63,767 bases of DNA, filler included, from Choristocarpus tenellus KU-1152 (GCA_964200185.2; 12 parts of 12 records of this genome joined end to end with filler, not necessarily neighbours in it); one strand, 5' to 3'. Shown: positions 27,061 to 39,984, counted from the first letter of the whole stretch. Notes: a model not told the origin generated them from the sequence alone. A program made the numbers and translations.

Positions 27061-27299
27061 TAGTGGGTACCAGTTGGAAAGACTTCCTTTAGTTTCTGAA
27101 AATTGGAAACGTGTGAGACCCATAAAGTGCGTTCTTGGTATTTTAAAGAACCCTAAGAACGGTTATTACTGGATTTACTATTTAAAAAAACCCTAACGCA
27201 CGTGTAAAGTGGATCTTCGGGTATTCGTGATTAGCGCTGATCAGGTTTACCTAAACAACCACTTATGATCGCCTGAACAGTTGATGACACTCCATATGT

Positions 27300-27729
27300 G
27301 GGTCAAAGTATCTTGGGGGGGGGGATCGGCGTCCGTTTTTCACCCTTTTTTCGATTTTCACTTTTTTGGNNNNNNNNNNNNNNNNNNNNNNNNNNNNNNN
27401 NNNNNNNNNNNNNTTAATTAATTAANNNNNNNNNNNNNNNNNNNNNNNNNNNNNNNNNNNNNNNNNNNNCACACAAACTAACAAAAGTCGATGCCACTTG
27501 TTCCACTTACCCAACATTCCTGTTGTCTAGTGGTGTTCACTAAATGCGTATATACCATATAGACTATCAGTCTATATTGCACACAATGTGTACATTATGG
27601 AAAGGAGTGTCCGGAAAAAGGACATTTACATCTCCAAACAAAAATGACGGCAAGAATTACGGAAAAAATGCAACATTTGAATTCGGCCACCAAATGGACG
27701 CTGCTCTACCCCTAAGATACTTCGACCCA
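27300..27729. mobile_element. MITE-related ends on either side of a linker (variant of families A/B)
   Basis: gggtcaaagtatct at 27300 and agatacttcgaccc at 27716-27729, with the subterminal ccaaatggac motif. Confidence 0.6.
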
Positions 27730-28178
27730 CACTAATGATATCAACCCTAACCCTAATCAAAATAAATTGCCTACATTTCGAACACTAATCCCAATCCGCC
27801 AAGAGACAGATTTCGCCTTACATTGAACATGTCGACGTAGTTACAATTCAGCGGCTATCATCAGAATTGATTACATCTAATTCGACCGAACCTTTTTCCG
27901 AAATTGGAACAGGGGTTGCAGTTACATATGTTGGGAGTAATTAGACAACTGATCCGAAAAAGAAGTAAGATTCCGCAATGCAATTATACACGCACCACAA
28001 TATCCGTCTGTCAAGTGAGACGTGGCGACACCATTGATACGCACGTGTAAGGGCTCTGATACCATTGGAACCTTTCCAATAAGGTTTGTATCACATCGCA
28101 ATGCAATCTCAATACAACTCGCGTAATGGTATCATCACGCGCGCGTATCTTAGTCCAAAACCCCCGCTAACCCTAAAC

Positions 28179-28962
28179 TTGGAATTTGATCGCTTCTACC
28201 AACCAACAGAACATACCAAATTTGTACTTCGAAGTACATTCCAAATTGATTTGTACGTATCAAAGTGGTGCATTCATGCTTTCTCTCCCGTGGTTCGATG
28301 TAATGTTTTCCTGCTCAGGAGTCTTGTTTCAAATCGATACACACACCCCCAACCGTCTTGCAGTGCTTTGGAAATTGATGGCCTTTACCGTTCGACAGAA
28401 CACATCAAATTAAAATTCATTATTGTCTGCCATATGTCAAACACAAACCTGTGCATGGTTGCCCTCCTGACATCCAACCCGGGTCAGTGCATAAATTCCT
28501 TTTATCTTCATTGTTTACTTCCGCGGTTCGACGTAATGTTCTCCTGCCAGGATTCTTGTTTCAAATCGACACACACACACCCAACCGTCTTGCCACGCTT
28601 TGGAAATTGATGGCCTTTGCCGTTTGACGGAACACATCAAATTAATTCATTACTGTCTGCCATATGTCAAGCACAAACCTGCGCATGGTTACCCTCCCGG
28701 TATCCAACTCGGGTCAGCGCGTAAATTAACTTTCATCTTCATCTTTCACTTCCGCGGTTCGACTTAATGTTCTCCTGCTCAGGATTCATGTTTCAAATCG
28801 ACATACACACCCCCAACCGTCTTGCCACGCTTTGGAAATTGATGGCCTTTACAGTTTGACAGAACACATCAAATTAATTCATTACTGTCAGCCCTATGCC
28901 AAGCACAAACCTGTGCGTGGTTGCCCTCTCGACATGTGACATTGGTCGGCGCGTAAATCCTT
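28179..28962. repeat. 232-bp tandem array, about 3.5 diverged units
   Basis: tttggaaattgatggccttt recurs at 28367, 28599 and 28831, with a diverged unit at 28179. Confidence 0.92.
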
Positions 28963-29286
28963 CTCGTCTGCGTACGGTATTGGTGCATTCTCATATTCAA
29001 TATTCATCTCATGTCGGCACGGTTTACCATTCATATATGTTTGCAAATAGCGGCCTTCAAGGAAAGCACTACGCCGTCCTCTTGAGCACAGCATCGCTAC
29101 GCCCTTTTCATATCACGTTTGCACAGCCCACGCATGGACACGAACCTCACACTCCCTACCAATCCCGTCATCATTAATCACATAGTCTATCACTGTTCAT
29201 ACAAAACACCCTTGCTGTGATCGCCTAACAACAGCATCCATCCCTATATCGATATCCTTCTCGTTTGCTGATACCGTTGCCGTAAA

Positions 29287-31955
29287 ATGTTCCCCCCTAC
29301 CTTCACAGGCAGTCAGGCCCAAGGAATCCTGAAGATGAAAAGACGACAGAGTTGATCACGTACGATGGACCTGGCCACATCTGCCTTCTTGTCAAAGAGG
29401 TACAACACCGACCTCCTTGACAACGATAGAATGGAGTTGATGTTCTCAAAGCTGGGGCCGGACCCACAGGTCACCGCTGATAAGCTCACGGGGATCCTGA
29501 GTGGGCAACCGTTCTCCATGTGCTCGAGATGGCAAACCATCAGCAACTTCAAGGCCGACATGCGCAGGGCAAACGTACCCTATAGTGTGCCCAACAGCGA
29601 ACTACTTGCAAACTATATCGCCAACAGCAACCTGGACATAAACAAGAATGGCAATGATAGGAATAAAGACGACGACGATAACCTCTTATTTTGTCTGAAT
29701 GGACAACACCGCATAATGGCACTGAGGATAATCGAATGCGTCGCGAAGGAGGACAATGTCCCATGTGGCATCAACCTCCTGGCCCACCTCACAACACGAT
29801 GGGCCTTGGACATCAGAGCGAACCTCCAGATCGGTCATCACAGAAGGTTCATGTGGAAGATCTATCCACACTACAGTCGCAAAAAGGCTGAATCCATTTC
29901 GATAGGAGAGAGTGTGGCGGCCATTAGGTCGCATGTGCCCAACATTCTGGGCTTATTCCATTGGCTGGTGTGTTGGGTTGCCGCTATCCTGGAGTGTATA
30001 GGCGCGACTTCAGTTGCGACAGGTCCCACTCCTACGTCCAGAAAACGGAAGAGGACTCTGATCGTCGCACCTGCATGACAACATTGGTCACCAGGTGCAA
30101 CCAATACTGTCTAGGAGACATAGACTTCTGGAATGCCGATGCCGCGTTACAGACGGCTATTAAGAGGAGGGTAGCTGCCAAGATAAAGGCATTCCTCAAA
30201 GAAGCGTGGGAGGAGACACACATTGGAAGCCAGGATGAGTTGACTCGGCGACCAAACCTCCGTCCAGTTCTTCAACGCTATCGCCACCCTTGTGTACATA
30301 TGCGCGAGAGAAGGTGAGGTTCTCATGGCTCCTTCCACAGGAAACGGTTCGTGAAACGATTGTGAAGCATCGCCTACTTTTCGTCGCCCATATCCATATT
30401 AATTCCATGTCGGTGATCCAACTAACCCGATCCCTTTCTTCCCATCAATATTTTCTGCCAAATACAAAAGAACTGGAATAGATCCTTCTCGGTGTATGGA
30501 GAGAGCACAAGAAGCGCAACAGCTCCAGCGTAAGCGCGGTGCAGCCATCCCCACATTTGTAAATCCAATACCCCATCACTAATAGTCCAACAACACCGTA
30601 GTAGTAACCCCTGCCTTCGCATACTGAGCTTGAATTGACGTTTTATACATGTGTATCGCTATCGACCATATGACATACGCCAGTAACCAACAGACCCATT
30701 CTCACTCCCACGTTCTTCTGTCCTAATCATGTGACCTTATTCTCCACACACCCAACGCGCACCTGACTAGGATAAATTCGGCTTTATAGAGCGGTTCACA
30801 TGTTCACTGTGCTGTGGTATGCTAACCCGGACGCCACCATCGAATCCCTCAAGAACAACGGGGGGTTCACACACACCTACAGATTGAAGGTGAGTTAAAA
30901 ATTCCCAACTAAGTGCTGTCCCCACACGACGCCACACTTGACATAGGGCAGACAGTAATGACGGTATTTGATGTGCTATATCGAGCGGTAAGGACCATCA
31001 GTCTCCAAAGAACCCTTATGTTCATAGGGTTCTGCTGCGCTACACGCATCCCCTGGTAACCCTTCTCTGATCAATTCACTGTTAACCCTAAATCCTTTAC
31101 ATGCTCAAAGCTCATTCTTTACCGGTCTCCTAACGACACACCATCGCACATTTGATGTACATGTGTAGCTAACAGACGAGGCCAAGGAGCAGTATTTCGC
31201 AAGAAGAATGTGCACTGATGTCCTCGCTGGAACCGGACTAGCCATCCTCAGAGGGGAGATCCCTCAAGACCATCGCTGGCGCGACATTGTCGAGGTGGCT
31301 GCGCACGTCTTCTCAGAGCAGGTTGCCAAAAAATTGCCTACTGACGCACTCTCATTGACGTGTGTTTTCGGGACGAAGACATTTCCAGAGGATTCAAGTA
31401 AATCTTTGACCGTGACGATTCAACCAAGTTTTGGATGTATATGCATATACCCCCCTGCTGATCCTGCAACAGCCGCAATGTTTACCGTCTAGTTCGTGCC
31501 TTGCGAGACAGACACCCATGTCATGCATGTGACTTACTATTCCACTACCCATGCGCTTCTCCATGACAGTTCTACCACACTTTAACGGGCGTCCAGAACA
31601 AATAGCCCCCCCGGCCGACCAGGACAAAGGAAAGAAGAAGAGGACAAGAGGAAAGGAGAAGAAAAACAGTCCAGGGGACGGCGATCCAGACCCTGCGTCT
31701 GCCACCCAGGCCGAGGAGGAGTGGACATCGCAGTCATGGAAGATCCAGTTGGCATACTTCAGACGTATGCACACAAAGAATGTCCTCATCAAGAGGGCTG
31801 TCCTGAAGGTCGTCGTACAGGTCATGAACGACCTCAAGAGGAAAGACGAGCTCGGGATAGACCCCTATGCCGATGACTCCTCAGCAGGGTCTTCAGAAGA
31901 GGGTCCTCCAAAGAAAAAATACATCCTGAACGAGGAGGTACTCAACGGAGTGTGA
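29287..31955 (+). pseudogene. Multi-exon gene with a ParB/Srx-like N-terminal domain, frameshifted
   Basis: Contains AVRPK...AFLSKRY...LLFCLNGQHRIMALR. Exon boundaries: donor at 30313; exons 30771-30889, 31169-31397 and 31597-31955 (Lys-rich, stop). Frameshifts near 29330-29365, 30070 and in the 30771 exon. Confidence 0.6.
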
Positions 31956-32599
31956 GGTTCATCATCTCATCTGTCCACGGTATTTGAGTTCGTAGCACAT
32001 CACCTCACAATAAACGCCCTGGTCGCGCACATTAATGCAACCCCATAAAACCCGCAGGTGAAAAGGGACCTCATGTTGAGGGAGGATGTGGAGGAGGGTA
32101 CAAAATACCTGGACATTGTCAAATACTCTGAGGGCATTACCCTGCACACCAGTGACGAACACACAGGCAAGCAATTACATCATTGTACAACATCACCATA
32201 AGTTAACATCAAACATCGTTCCCTCTACACCAAACACACAAGCTAGACCCTCAAAGAGATCTTACCGACGTTGGACAGTTTGACACTGTACATTGTCACA
32301 GGGTTCTCCGGTTTTATATGTTGCGAAGTTGCTCATCGAACAGATTGATTCATACTTTGGCTGTGTTGTAGCGATCGACAGAATCCGGTAAAAGAAGGGA
32401 ATTACGTCGCGGTTTATGTACTATTATCCTATACGCATCCTCTTAACCCTATGTTACAAGCCCTACTTGTCTTCCTGATTTATGGGCTCGAATAATCCGC
32501 CCAAGTTCGACGAGCCGCACGTACTCTAATCAATCCATATTTTCCTCAGCCTCTGCCTCCTCCTCTGCATCCTGCCTCGCTTACTCCTTCTCACCAACC

Positions 32600-34333
32600 T
32601 CTACCTCATCCCTTGCCTCCTAATGCTAACCCCTCTTCCCGTTGTTTTGCCTCCTACCTCGCCACGTCCGAGCACGACCTTGACAAGTTCAAGTCCGAAA
32701 CGAGCGCCACCCACGAGAGAGAAGTCGCCCTTCTCCAGACCCGACCAGGAGGAATCGTAATCACATGCACCGCCCTCAGGAACAACCTCGATCCGGATCG
32801 TATCCAACTCCTCATCGACGAACTCTCCACCTTCTGCAACTTTGCAGTGGCGAAGACACCAGTAGCTGGTGGCGTATCCACGCCTATACCTTGTGGAAGA
32901 CCCAACTCACCAGGTGATGAAGAGGAACAGGATAATCCATCGCCTAACCCTACAGTAGGTACGGGAAGCAGGACTCTACATGGGGGAAGGCATACAACCA
33001 CAACCTCGGAACATGACTCTGAAGGCAATGAGGACCGACCCAATTGTAACGCTTTGTCAGGTCCAGAGGAACTTGTACGTACAGGAGGAGGTAGGGGGGC
33101 GGCTAGGCACGGACTCAGAGTCCATGTCTGTCAGGAGTGACCCATGTATGCCCCCAAACGCCCATTTGGTGGGCAGCGGCGGCAACGAGTCCAAGGTGCC
33201 AGGGAACACCTACGACGATATTGTGGGGCGAAGTGAGAACCACACCCATGCCGATCCAACCACACCACCGAGGAACAAGCCTTCCGTGAAAGGTAAAGGA
33301 AGAGGAAAAGGGCGGTAATTAGGAAGAAGAGGTTGAGAGAAGACTGTGAAGGCGTTGGGGACCGACCCAATTGTAACACTTTGTCAGGTCCAGAGGAACT
33401 TGTACAGGAGGACGTGGGTGGGTGGCTAGGCACGGACTCAGAGTGCACGCCTGTCAGGAATGACCCCGGAATGTCCCCAAATGCCCATTCGGTGGGCAGC
33501 GGTGGCGACGAGTCCAAGGTGCCAGGGAACACCTACACAACGATACTGTGAGGTGAAGTGAGAACCACGCCCGTGCCAATCCTACCCCAAGACCGAGGGA
33601 CAAGCCTTCCGAGAAGGGTAAAGGAAAGAGGAAAAGGACTATAAATAGGAACAAGAGGGTGAGAGAAGGTGCTGGAAGGGTGAGACCCTTCAAACAGCCT
33701 TGTGGTCCTGACGGCAGCGCTTTACAACCTGGCTTCTTTGCAGACGTCTTCGCTTCTGCAAAAAAGGGTAGATACGCTTTAAATCCGTCTTCATCGATCT
33801 CGAGGTTTCGACAAAATGAACACAAAAGGTCATCGCATGGTGATGACGATTGCATCACACAGGACGCGACCGATTCCGGTCATGCATCCAATGTGGGGAT
33901 CACTGAAAGCCTTCATGGAGGCGTGCGTTACCGAGCTCCTAAGATCGGCAACAAAACCTGCTTCTTCACAGTATCGAGTGCAGACTCAAATCCTCACCCA
34001 AGTGATATACGACCAAGGGTTCAGGCTCATCAAGGCCAGTAAAGGGGCCGTTTCCCTTGTTTTCGGGAATGAATGCTACGTCCACGAGCGACACAGGTTA
34101 AACTCTGCGATCATGGAGGGAAGCCAGGCAACACGTTGCGTCCCGAGCATGTGGAAGCACTCCATGCGAGGAAGGCCATCTTCTCGAGCCTCGTGAAGTC
34201 TGAACCTTGGAACATCAGGTACTCCACACGCCTAAATCTATTGCGTCTTCTTGTCGAGGCATACCCTGAGCTTGCAGAGTGGTGGGAGAAGGGTGACGAA
34301 TGCAATTTCGAGTCTGCCTACCAATTGAAATAG
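32600..34333 (+). pseudogene. Orphan gene of unknown function with an internal 327-bp duplication
   Basis: Protein-like stretches in successive frames (SEHDLDKFKSE...IQLLIDELSTF; WGSLKAFMEACV...; SEPWNIRYSTRLNLLRLLVEAYPELAEWW) joined by frameshifts. Confidence 0.5.
33032..33670. repeat. 327-bp tandem duplication, 2 copies
   Basis: gaccgacccaattgtaac...gtcaggtccagaggaacttgtac at 33033 and 33360. Confidence 0.92.
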
Positions 34334-36023
34334 GGGTTCAGTCGTTTCAGTTTTTTGTTGAAGTACGGATCGAGTTACAGGTACACTGATTTGTGCATCA
34401 GTGTACCTTGCCTTGGTGTCCGACTTACCATGTTCATGCGCACTTTCCATTCGATGGGTTATGCATTTAGACAGTGTATCGGATACATTGCTACCAGTCA
34501 GAGTCATCAGCGTATCATATATCATGCTCATCTTGAGGATTAGACCTGTGTTATTATTTGTTGAAAAGAGCGTGTCCAATACAAGGTTTATACTAAAATT
34601 TAAAACATCAATTAAACAACTCTTCTCCATCTTTTCAACTAAGTTTCCAAACAATTCGCCAAGGTCTGCGATGGATACGCGTTGTCTTTTTCAAAGCCGC
34701 TAATTATTCCTTGAACACTACAACGCACCTCCCCCCTGCTTCTCAAATACTCTATCCATCATCTCATGCTTTGTCCAAGTGTCGACAAACTAGAACCGAT
34801 CTCGTCCTCCTTCGAATCTTGGAGGATCAAATACCGAAGTCCACACACGATGCTCCTATAAGCACAACACCAACCCAGGACCTCTGGAAGTGTGTCTTGA
34901 AATACTTTTAGAGAAATGTACGACAATAGACCTTGACCAATAACCATTCGTATACAAGAATGTCCACAGATTACATGAAAGATACAGTACACTAACCCGA
35001 AAACAAAACCTGACCCTTTCCCCTTCCTTCTTACCAACAACTTCAACCCTAGCACCCTGAGCGACAACCACGTTTGTGTACATACTAAATCCGACACATG
35101 CACGCAAATAGACGAAGTACTATATTTTAAACAGTACATTATATATGTTATGGTTCCTCGTGCACACACCGGGAGAACAGGCCCTAACTGACAGTCCTCT
35201 TTGTGTACATACCAGACACGACTCATGCAAGCAAATAAACGAAAAAATCCAACCTCGAAACAGTCCATAGTCATTTTTTCAATTCCTCATGCTAACAGTG
35301 GGAAAACACACCCTAACCGACAGCCCTCTTTATGTGCTAACCAAATCCCCACTCATGCAACCAAAAAAATCAATAACCAGCCCTGAAACAACCAATGGCA
35401 TATCTCCTATTCTTCATGGTAACTGCACGACCAACATACACAAACCAATAATCCTGTCTGAACAGACTCGAAATCCGACAGATGCAAACGTCGAAACTCC
35501 TAACCAAACCCAAATAAATGGTGGCATATATTCCCATTCCTCTTGCGTACGCAAGGACAGAAAGGAACCTAACCAACAGTCTTATTTTTTTGCTGAGATT
35601 TCCANNNNNNNNNNNNNNNNNNNNNNNNNNNNNNNNNNNNNNNNNNNNTTAATTAATTAANNNNNNNNNNNNNNNNNNNNNNNNNNNNNNNNNNNNNNNN
35701 NNNNTTACAATAGTTCACGCTTGAATCATGATAGCACTTATTTCGCCTTGTAACCCCATACTCATCCCCCCTGCCCCATCCCTCCCTCCCTCCCTCCCTC
35801 CCTCCCTCCCTCTCCTCAACTTTACGCCGCCCTTGGTCTCAATCAGTACACTAACCCCCCACTACATAAACACACAAGTAGAATTTTTGATGCCTCTCTG
35901 CTGTCTGCTCTCTCCTCTTGAACCTCAACTGCTACCGGCTCAAATCCAATCAATCTAATTTTTCTTAGCGTTCAATACTTCCTCCATATTTGAATCCATA
36001 TTTGAATCCATATTTGAACACAG

Positions 36024-37545
36024 AGTGGGAGGCCCAGAGATGCTCGAGTCAATCTTCGCCCCAAAGCTGGGCTTTTCTGGTGTCAATCTTCTCCGTGCCA
36101 TGTTTGCTCTCTTGCCATTGGAGAGAATAGACTCATTCAAGTGCCTTGAGCACCCTTTCCTGTCCACCAACGGGGCAGATCAGGGCGTGGCCAATGGTGA
36201 AGGCACTGTGTTAGGTGGGGAAGTAGGCCAGGGTGACAGCAAGGGGGGTGAGGAACTGCAAACAGATTCCATGTTGGAGAGAAAAAGCCACACAATTGGC
36301 CTTCTTTCCACTGGTCCTAATTCAATTGCAATACAGGAAAAATCACCAGTGGTCAGAGGGAAGATGAGGCAGGGCAGGAACAGCATTTGCGGTGAAGATG
36401 AGAGTGATATAGGTGGAGAAGACAGAAGGGTTGGAACAGAAGAACGTAGGGCATGTGTCAGTGAAGAGAACAAAGAGAGTGAAAATGCAGAAGCATCGCC
36501 CTCAGGGATAGTGGTGGGGCAACAAGGGCAGAGAAAAGGGGAAGAATTGGGATCAAATGAAAACCTGAGAGAATCCCTTTCAGTAAGAGTCCAACAGGGC
36601 CCACTGGAACAGCAATCACCAGATACATCACCATTGATGGACAAAGATGATGAAATGCAATGGTCTTCCCCGGGAAAGAATGGATACGTTCTTGATCGTG
36701 TTGCAGAGATAGAGGAAGCCCTTTCTGTAGGGGGGCCACCACTAATCCCAGGAGGAGTAGAGGTAGATGAAGAGGAAGTCCTTGAGACCGAAGACAATGG
36801 TCAGGTGCAAGGGGGGAAGGGAGGCGAGCAAGAGGTGGAAATAAAGGGAGACAGGGATTGCAGTGATCACTACGAAAACAGGGAAAATGGGGAAATTCAA
36901 GGTGGTAAGGATTGGGAGCGTGAGGTGGAGATGGAGGAAGATCCAGAGGATGATGAAGATGGGTACGAGAGTGAAGAATTTAGTGAGGAGTTCAGCGATA
37001 CAAACAAAGATGAAACTGCCTATGGTGGGGATACGACTGGAGATTGTGTTAGCAAGGAATGTGGAGGCGGTATAGAAAAGATGAATGAGATAGGGAGGAT
37101 AGGGGGAGATGAAAAAGAAGGTCAAGACTGCAAAATGCCGGAAATATATGGCGGGAAGAATCACAGCAAGACGGGCGAAGCAACTAACTCAGACCCAGGA
37201 ATAGCCTTACCTGAAACTTTACAAAGTGTGTTCTTGACACTTGCTTCAGCGGGTAGGGGTGCAGGGGCTCCGGCAGCCAAGGCACTACGTAGCTGTTATT
37301 CTCACCAGGTAGTTGAGGACGGCAGCAGTGACTTCCCTGATGGAGAGGAACTAGGAACTATCCTAAGGAAATCTTGTATCAAGAGTGATGGCAGCGAAGA
37401 GGGAGTTTCGACGCTGGAATGGGAGGCATTTGGGCGGGACCTTGGAGGTTGTCAAGATGCAGAAGTATTAGGTCTGGTACAGCTGGCGGAAAAGATTGCA
37501 TTGAGTCTTGACCTGGAGCTCAAACCTCTCTCTCTGGAATGTCAG
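36024..37545 (+). CDS. Ser/Thr protein kinase (CMGC-like) C-terminal exon with a long acidic disordered tail
   Basis: GVNLLRAMFALLPLERIDSFKCLEHPFL matches kinase subdomain XI. The exon is open for about 500 codons, with an acacag acceptor and CAG|gtggga donor. A probable next exon lies at 38850-39042. Confidence 0.75.
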
Positions 37546-37950
37546 GTGGGAGTTGAGAGACTTGATGAGAGTGCGAGAAATGCTCCAGGAAAATCACACT
37601 TGCTCTGGAGTCCTTGGGTTCCAATTCCAAGCTACATATTGATGGTGCTGAATATGAATTGTGCTTTAGGTTGACGCCAAGAGTAAGGTGATAGTTCCTA
37701 GGAAGGGTTGCAATGTGAAGATGCCTCGCCAGTTCAATGTCACCTTTAGAGTTTGCTACTGGCTCATGTGCTGAGATAATGTAAAATACAAGTAGAATTG
37801 GGTAGATTGCAAAAGTGCAGTGAAGAAGAGAACACAGCTGAAATGGAGTCCAAGAATATAATACAAGACAATACTCCGCTATTTCCACGAAATTGCTTTG
37901 ATCCCTGAATAGTATGGCTGAGTCAGACAATAACAAAAAGATGGGGCTAT

Positions 37951-38126
37951 GGATCAAAGTATCAGGGGGGGGGGTCTACACCAGGGTGTCCATTTGGACC
38001 ATGACCAGGAAAAATGCACCTTACATTATCCATCCAATGTATGCAACCAAATCACCCAAAAATTGCAACATGGAAAAATGGGCCCCAAATGGACAGCCAC
38101 CACTCCTCCCTCAGATACTTTGAGCC
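37951..38126. mobile_element. MITE family A, full copy
   Basis: ggatcaaagtatc...agatactttgagcc. Confidence 0.9.
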
Positions 38127-39142
38127 AACCCTCCCTTTTTTATTGAACCAATGTATATAGACTGGGGGGGGGGGGTGAGGTAAGTTGAAAATGATAAGAA
38201 GAAATCTAGAGGGGAGTGGATTTGCAGCACTTTTGCTGTAACGGGGTTAATAAATAGTAGTATGATGCTTGAAACCCCAATTTCATGAACCAAATGCAGG
38301 CAACCCTCATCAGGGGTTGTGTGCATAAAGGAAAAAACCCTGTGAACAGCTGTTTTAGAATTGAATTGGAGGGGCTGAGAAGACATAGATGCAAATCAGA
38401 AAGAGTTATATGGACCCCATGAAACCAACAGTACCCAACTCTAGGATACTCCTTCTGTGATTGGCATCATGAGGTAACGATGTGGAATACTATGGTATGT
38501 TTTGAATATGCCTCAGTGTGATTGTGATGCTTCAAAAATTATTGGTTGGGGTAATAGTTTTGTTCACAGCACTTGGACTATTGATTGAGAAAGTTGAAGT
38601 TTTAGTCTAATGATGCAATTGGCCAGTTATGTGTGCTGTGAAAAATGGGATAGGGAGTTTTTCGTTTCATACCACATCCTCTCTAACCTCCAATATGATT
38701 ATCATCGTCCACATTGGCAGATTTCGAAGGGGCTAAGTTCCATATCTTACCGGTATACGTATATGTGTGTGTCCACTCATCAGACCAACACCAGCATAAT
38801 CTCTCTTCCACATTGCCACCACATCTGCCAACACGCCCTACTACATCAGAAATGGGGTGCTAAGCAGCGCAACATGCGGAGACGGGCTCCCCCAGGAAGA
38901 TCACACCTTAGACTCTGTGCGGAACACCTCAAGAGCTTGAGGGGTAGGGATTGCGCCCACCCTGATGCTGATGGAGAGGGAAGCCTTGGGAATTGTCGTG
39001 TATGGCCTGCAGCTGCCATTCTTGTCGCCCTTTGCCAAGCAGGTTGGTTTGTGTGAGGCTTGGAAAAAGAGATGGAGAAGAGGAACTTTGATGGCAGGGT
39101 TATTTATTGAGCGATGTGCTTGATTCTATTTCTCCAATAATC

Positions 39143-39404
39143 GAGTGAAAGTATCTTAGGGTTAGGGTACGAGTTTGTCCTGTTTGTCCATTTGGGGCCT
39201 GGCTTCCCATGGGGTTTTCTACGGCATTTTCCTACTCCAAAATGTGTCGGAGTAGGTAAAATGTGTATGTAATGAAAAGGTGTGTCCGGAACAAGAATAT
39301 TGACACATCCTGACTAACACGATAACCGAAATTACATCAAAATCACAACATTGGATTTCGGTCCCCAAATGGATGCAGCCCTACCCTATAAGATACTTTG
39401 GCTA
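39143..39404. mobile_element. MITE family B, inverted copy
   Basis: gagtgaaagtatcttagggttaggg...agatactttggcta; AATC on both flanks. Confidence 0.88.
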
Positions 39405-39710
39405 AATCCTTTCTGTTAGGTTGTCTTTGGCTACCTTCCACACCTAAGTCCGACAAGGCTTGCGGCCACTTGACCTCTCGTTGGCTCTGCATCCAACCCA
39501 ACATCCTATACCCAATCCCCCCATCATGGGGAATGCCTTGCAAACAGTTGACAACCAGGGTGACCACAATGTACGTGAAATGGTACAGGCAGCATCACAG
39601 ATGGAGTACATCGGAAGGGGCATATGTTCCTTGAGCACCTGCATCCTGGATACAGAGGAATCGCCTCGGCTGAGGTGATGAGGTCAAGGCTGGGCGTCGG
39701 GCCAGAATGA

Positions 39711-39972
39711 GAGCGAAAGTATGTTAGGGTTAGGGTAGGATTTTTGCCCTGTTTATCCGTTTGAGGCTTGACTTCCCACAGGTTTTTTTAAGAGATTTAC
39801 CTACTCCAAACTGTTTTGGAGCAGGTAAAATGTATACGTTATGAAAAGGTATCTCCGGAACGAGGATATTGACACTTCCTAACAAACACGATGGTCAAAA
39901 TTACATCAAAATCCGAAAATTGGATTTTGGTCCCCAAATGGCCGCGGTTCTACCCTCTAAGAATATTGACTC
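39711..39972. mobile_element. MITE family B, inverted copy
   Basis: gagcgaaagtatgttagggttaggg...gactc; ATGA on both flanks. Confidence 0.88.
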
Positions 39973-39984
39973 ATGAGGGATAGA

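Noticed and set aside
28086-28610. 174-aa ORF
   Set aside because: Read-through of the 232-bp repeat array.
36180-37164. Long antisense ORFs opposite the kinase tail
   Set aside because: Shadow ORFs of a purine-rich coding strand.
39430-39680. Possible copia RNase H remnant (HNVREMV...MEYI)
   Set aside because: Too short and degenerate to call.
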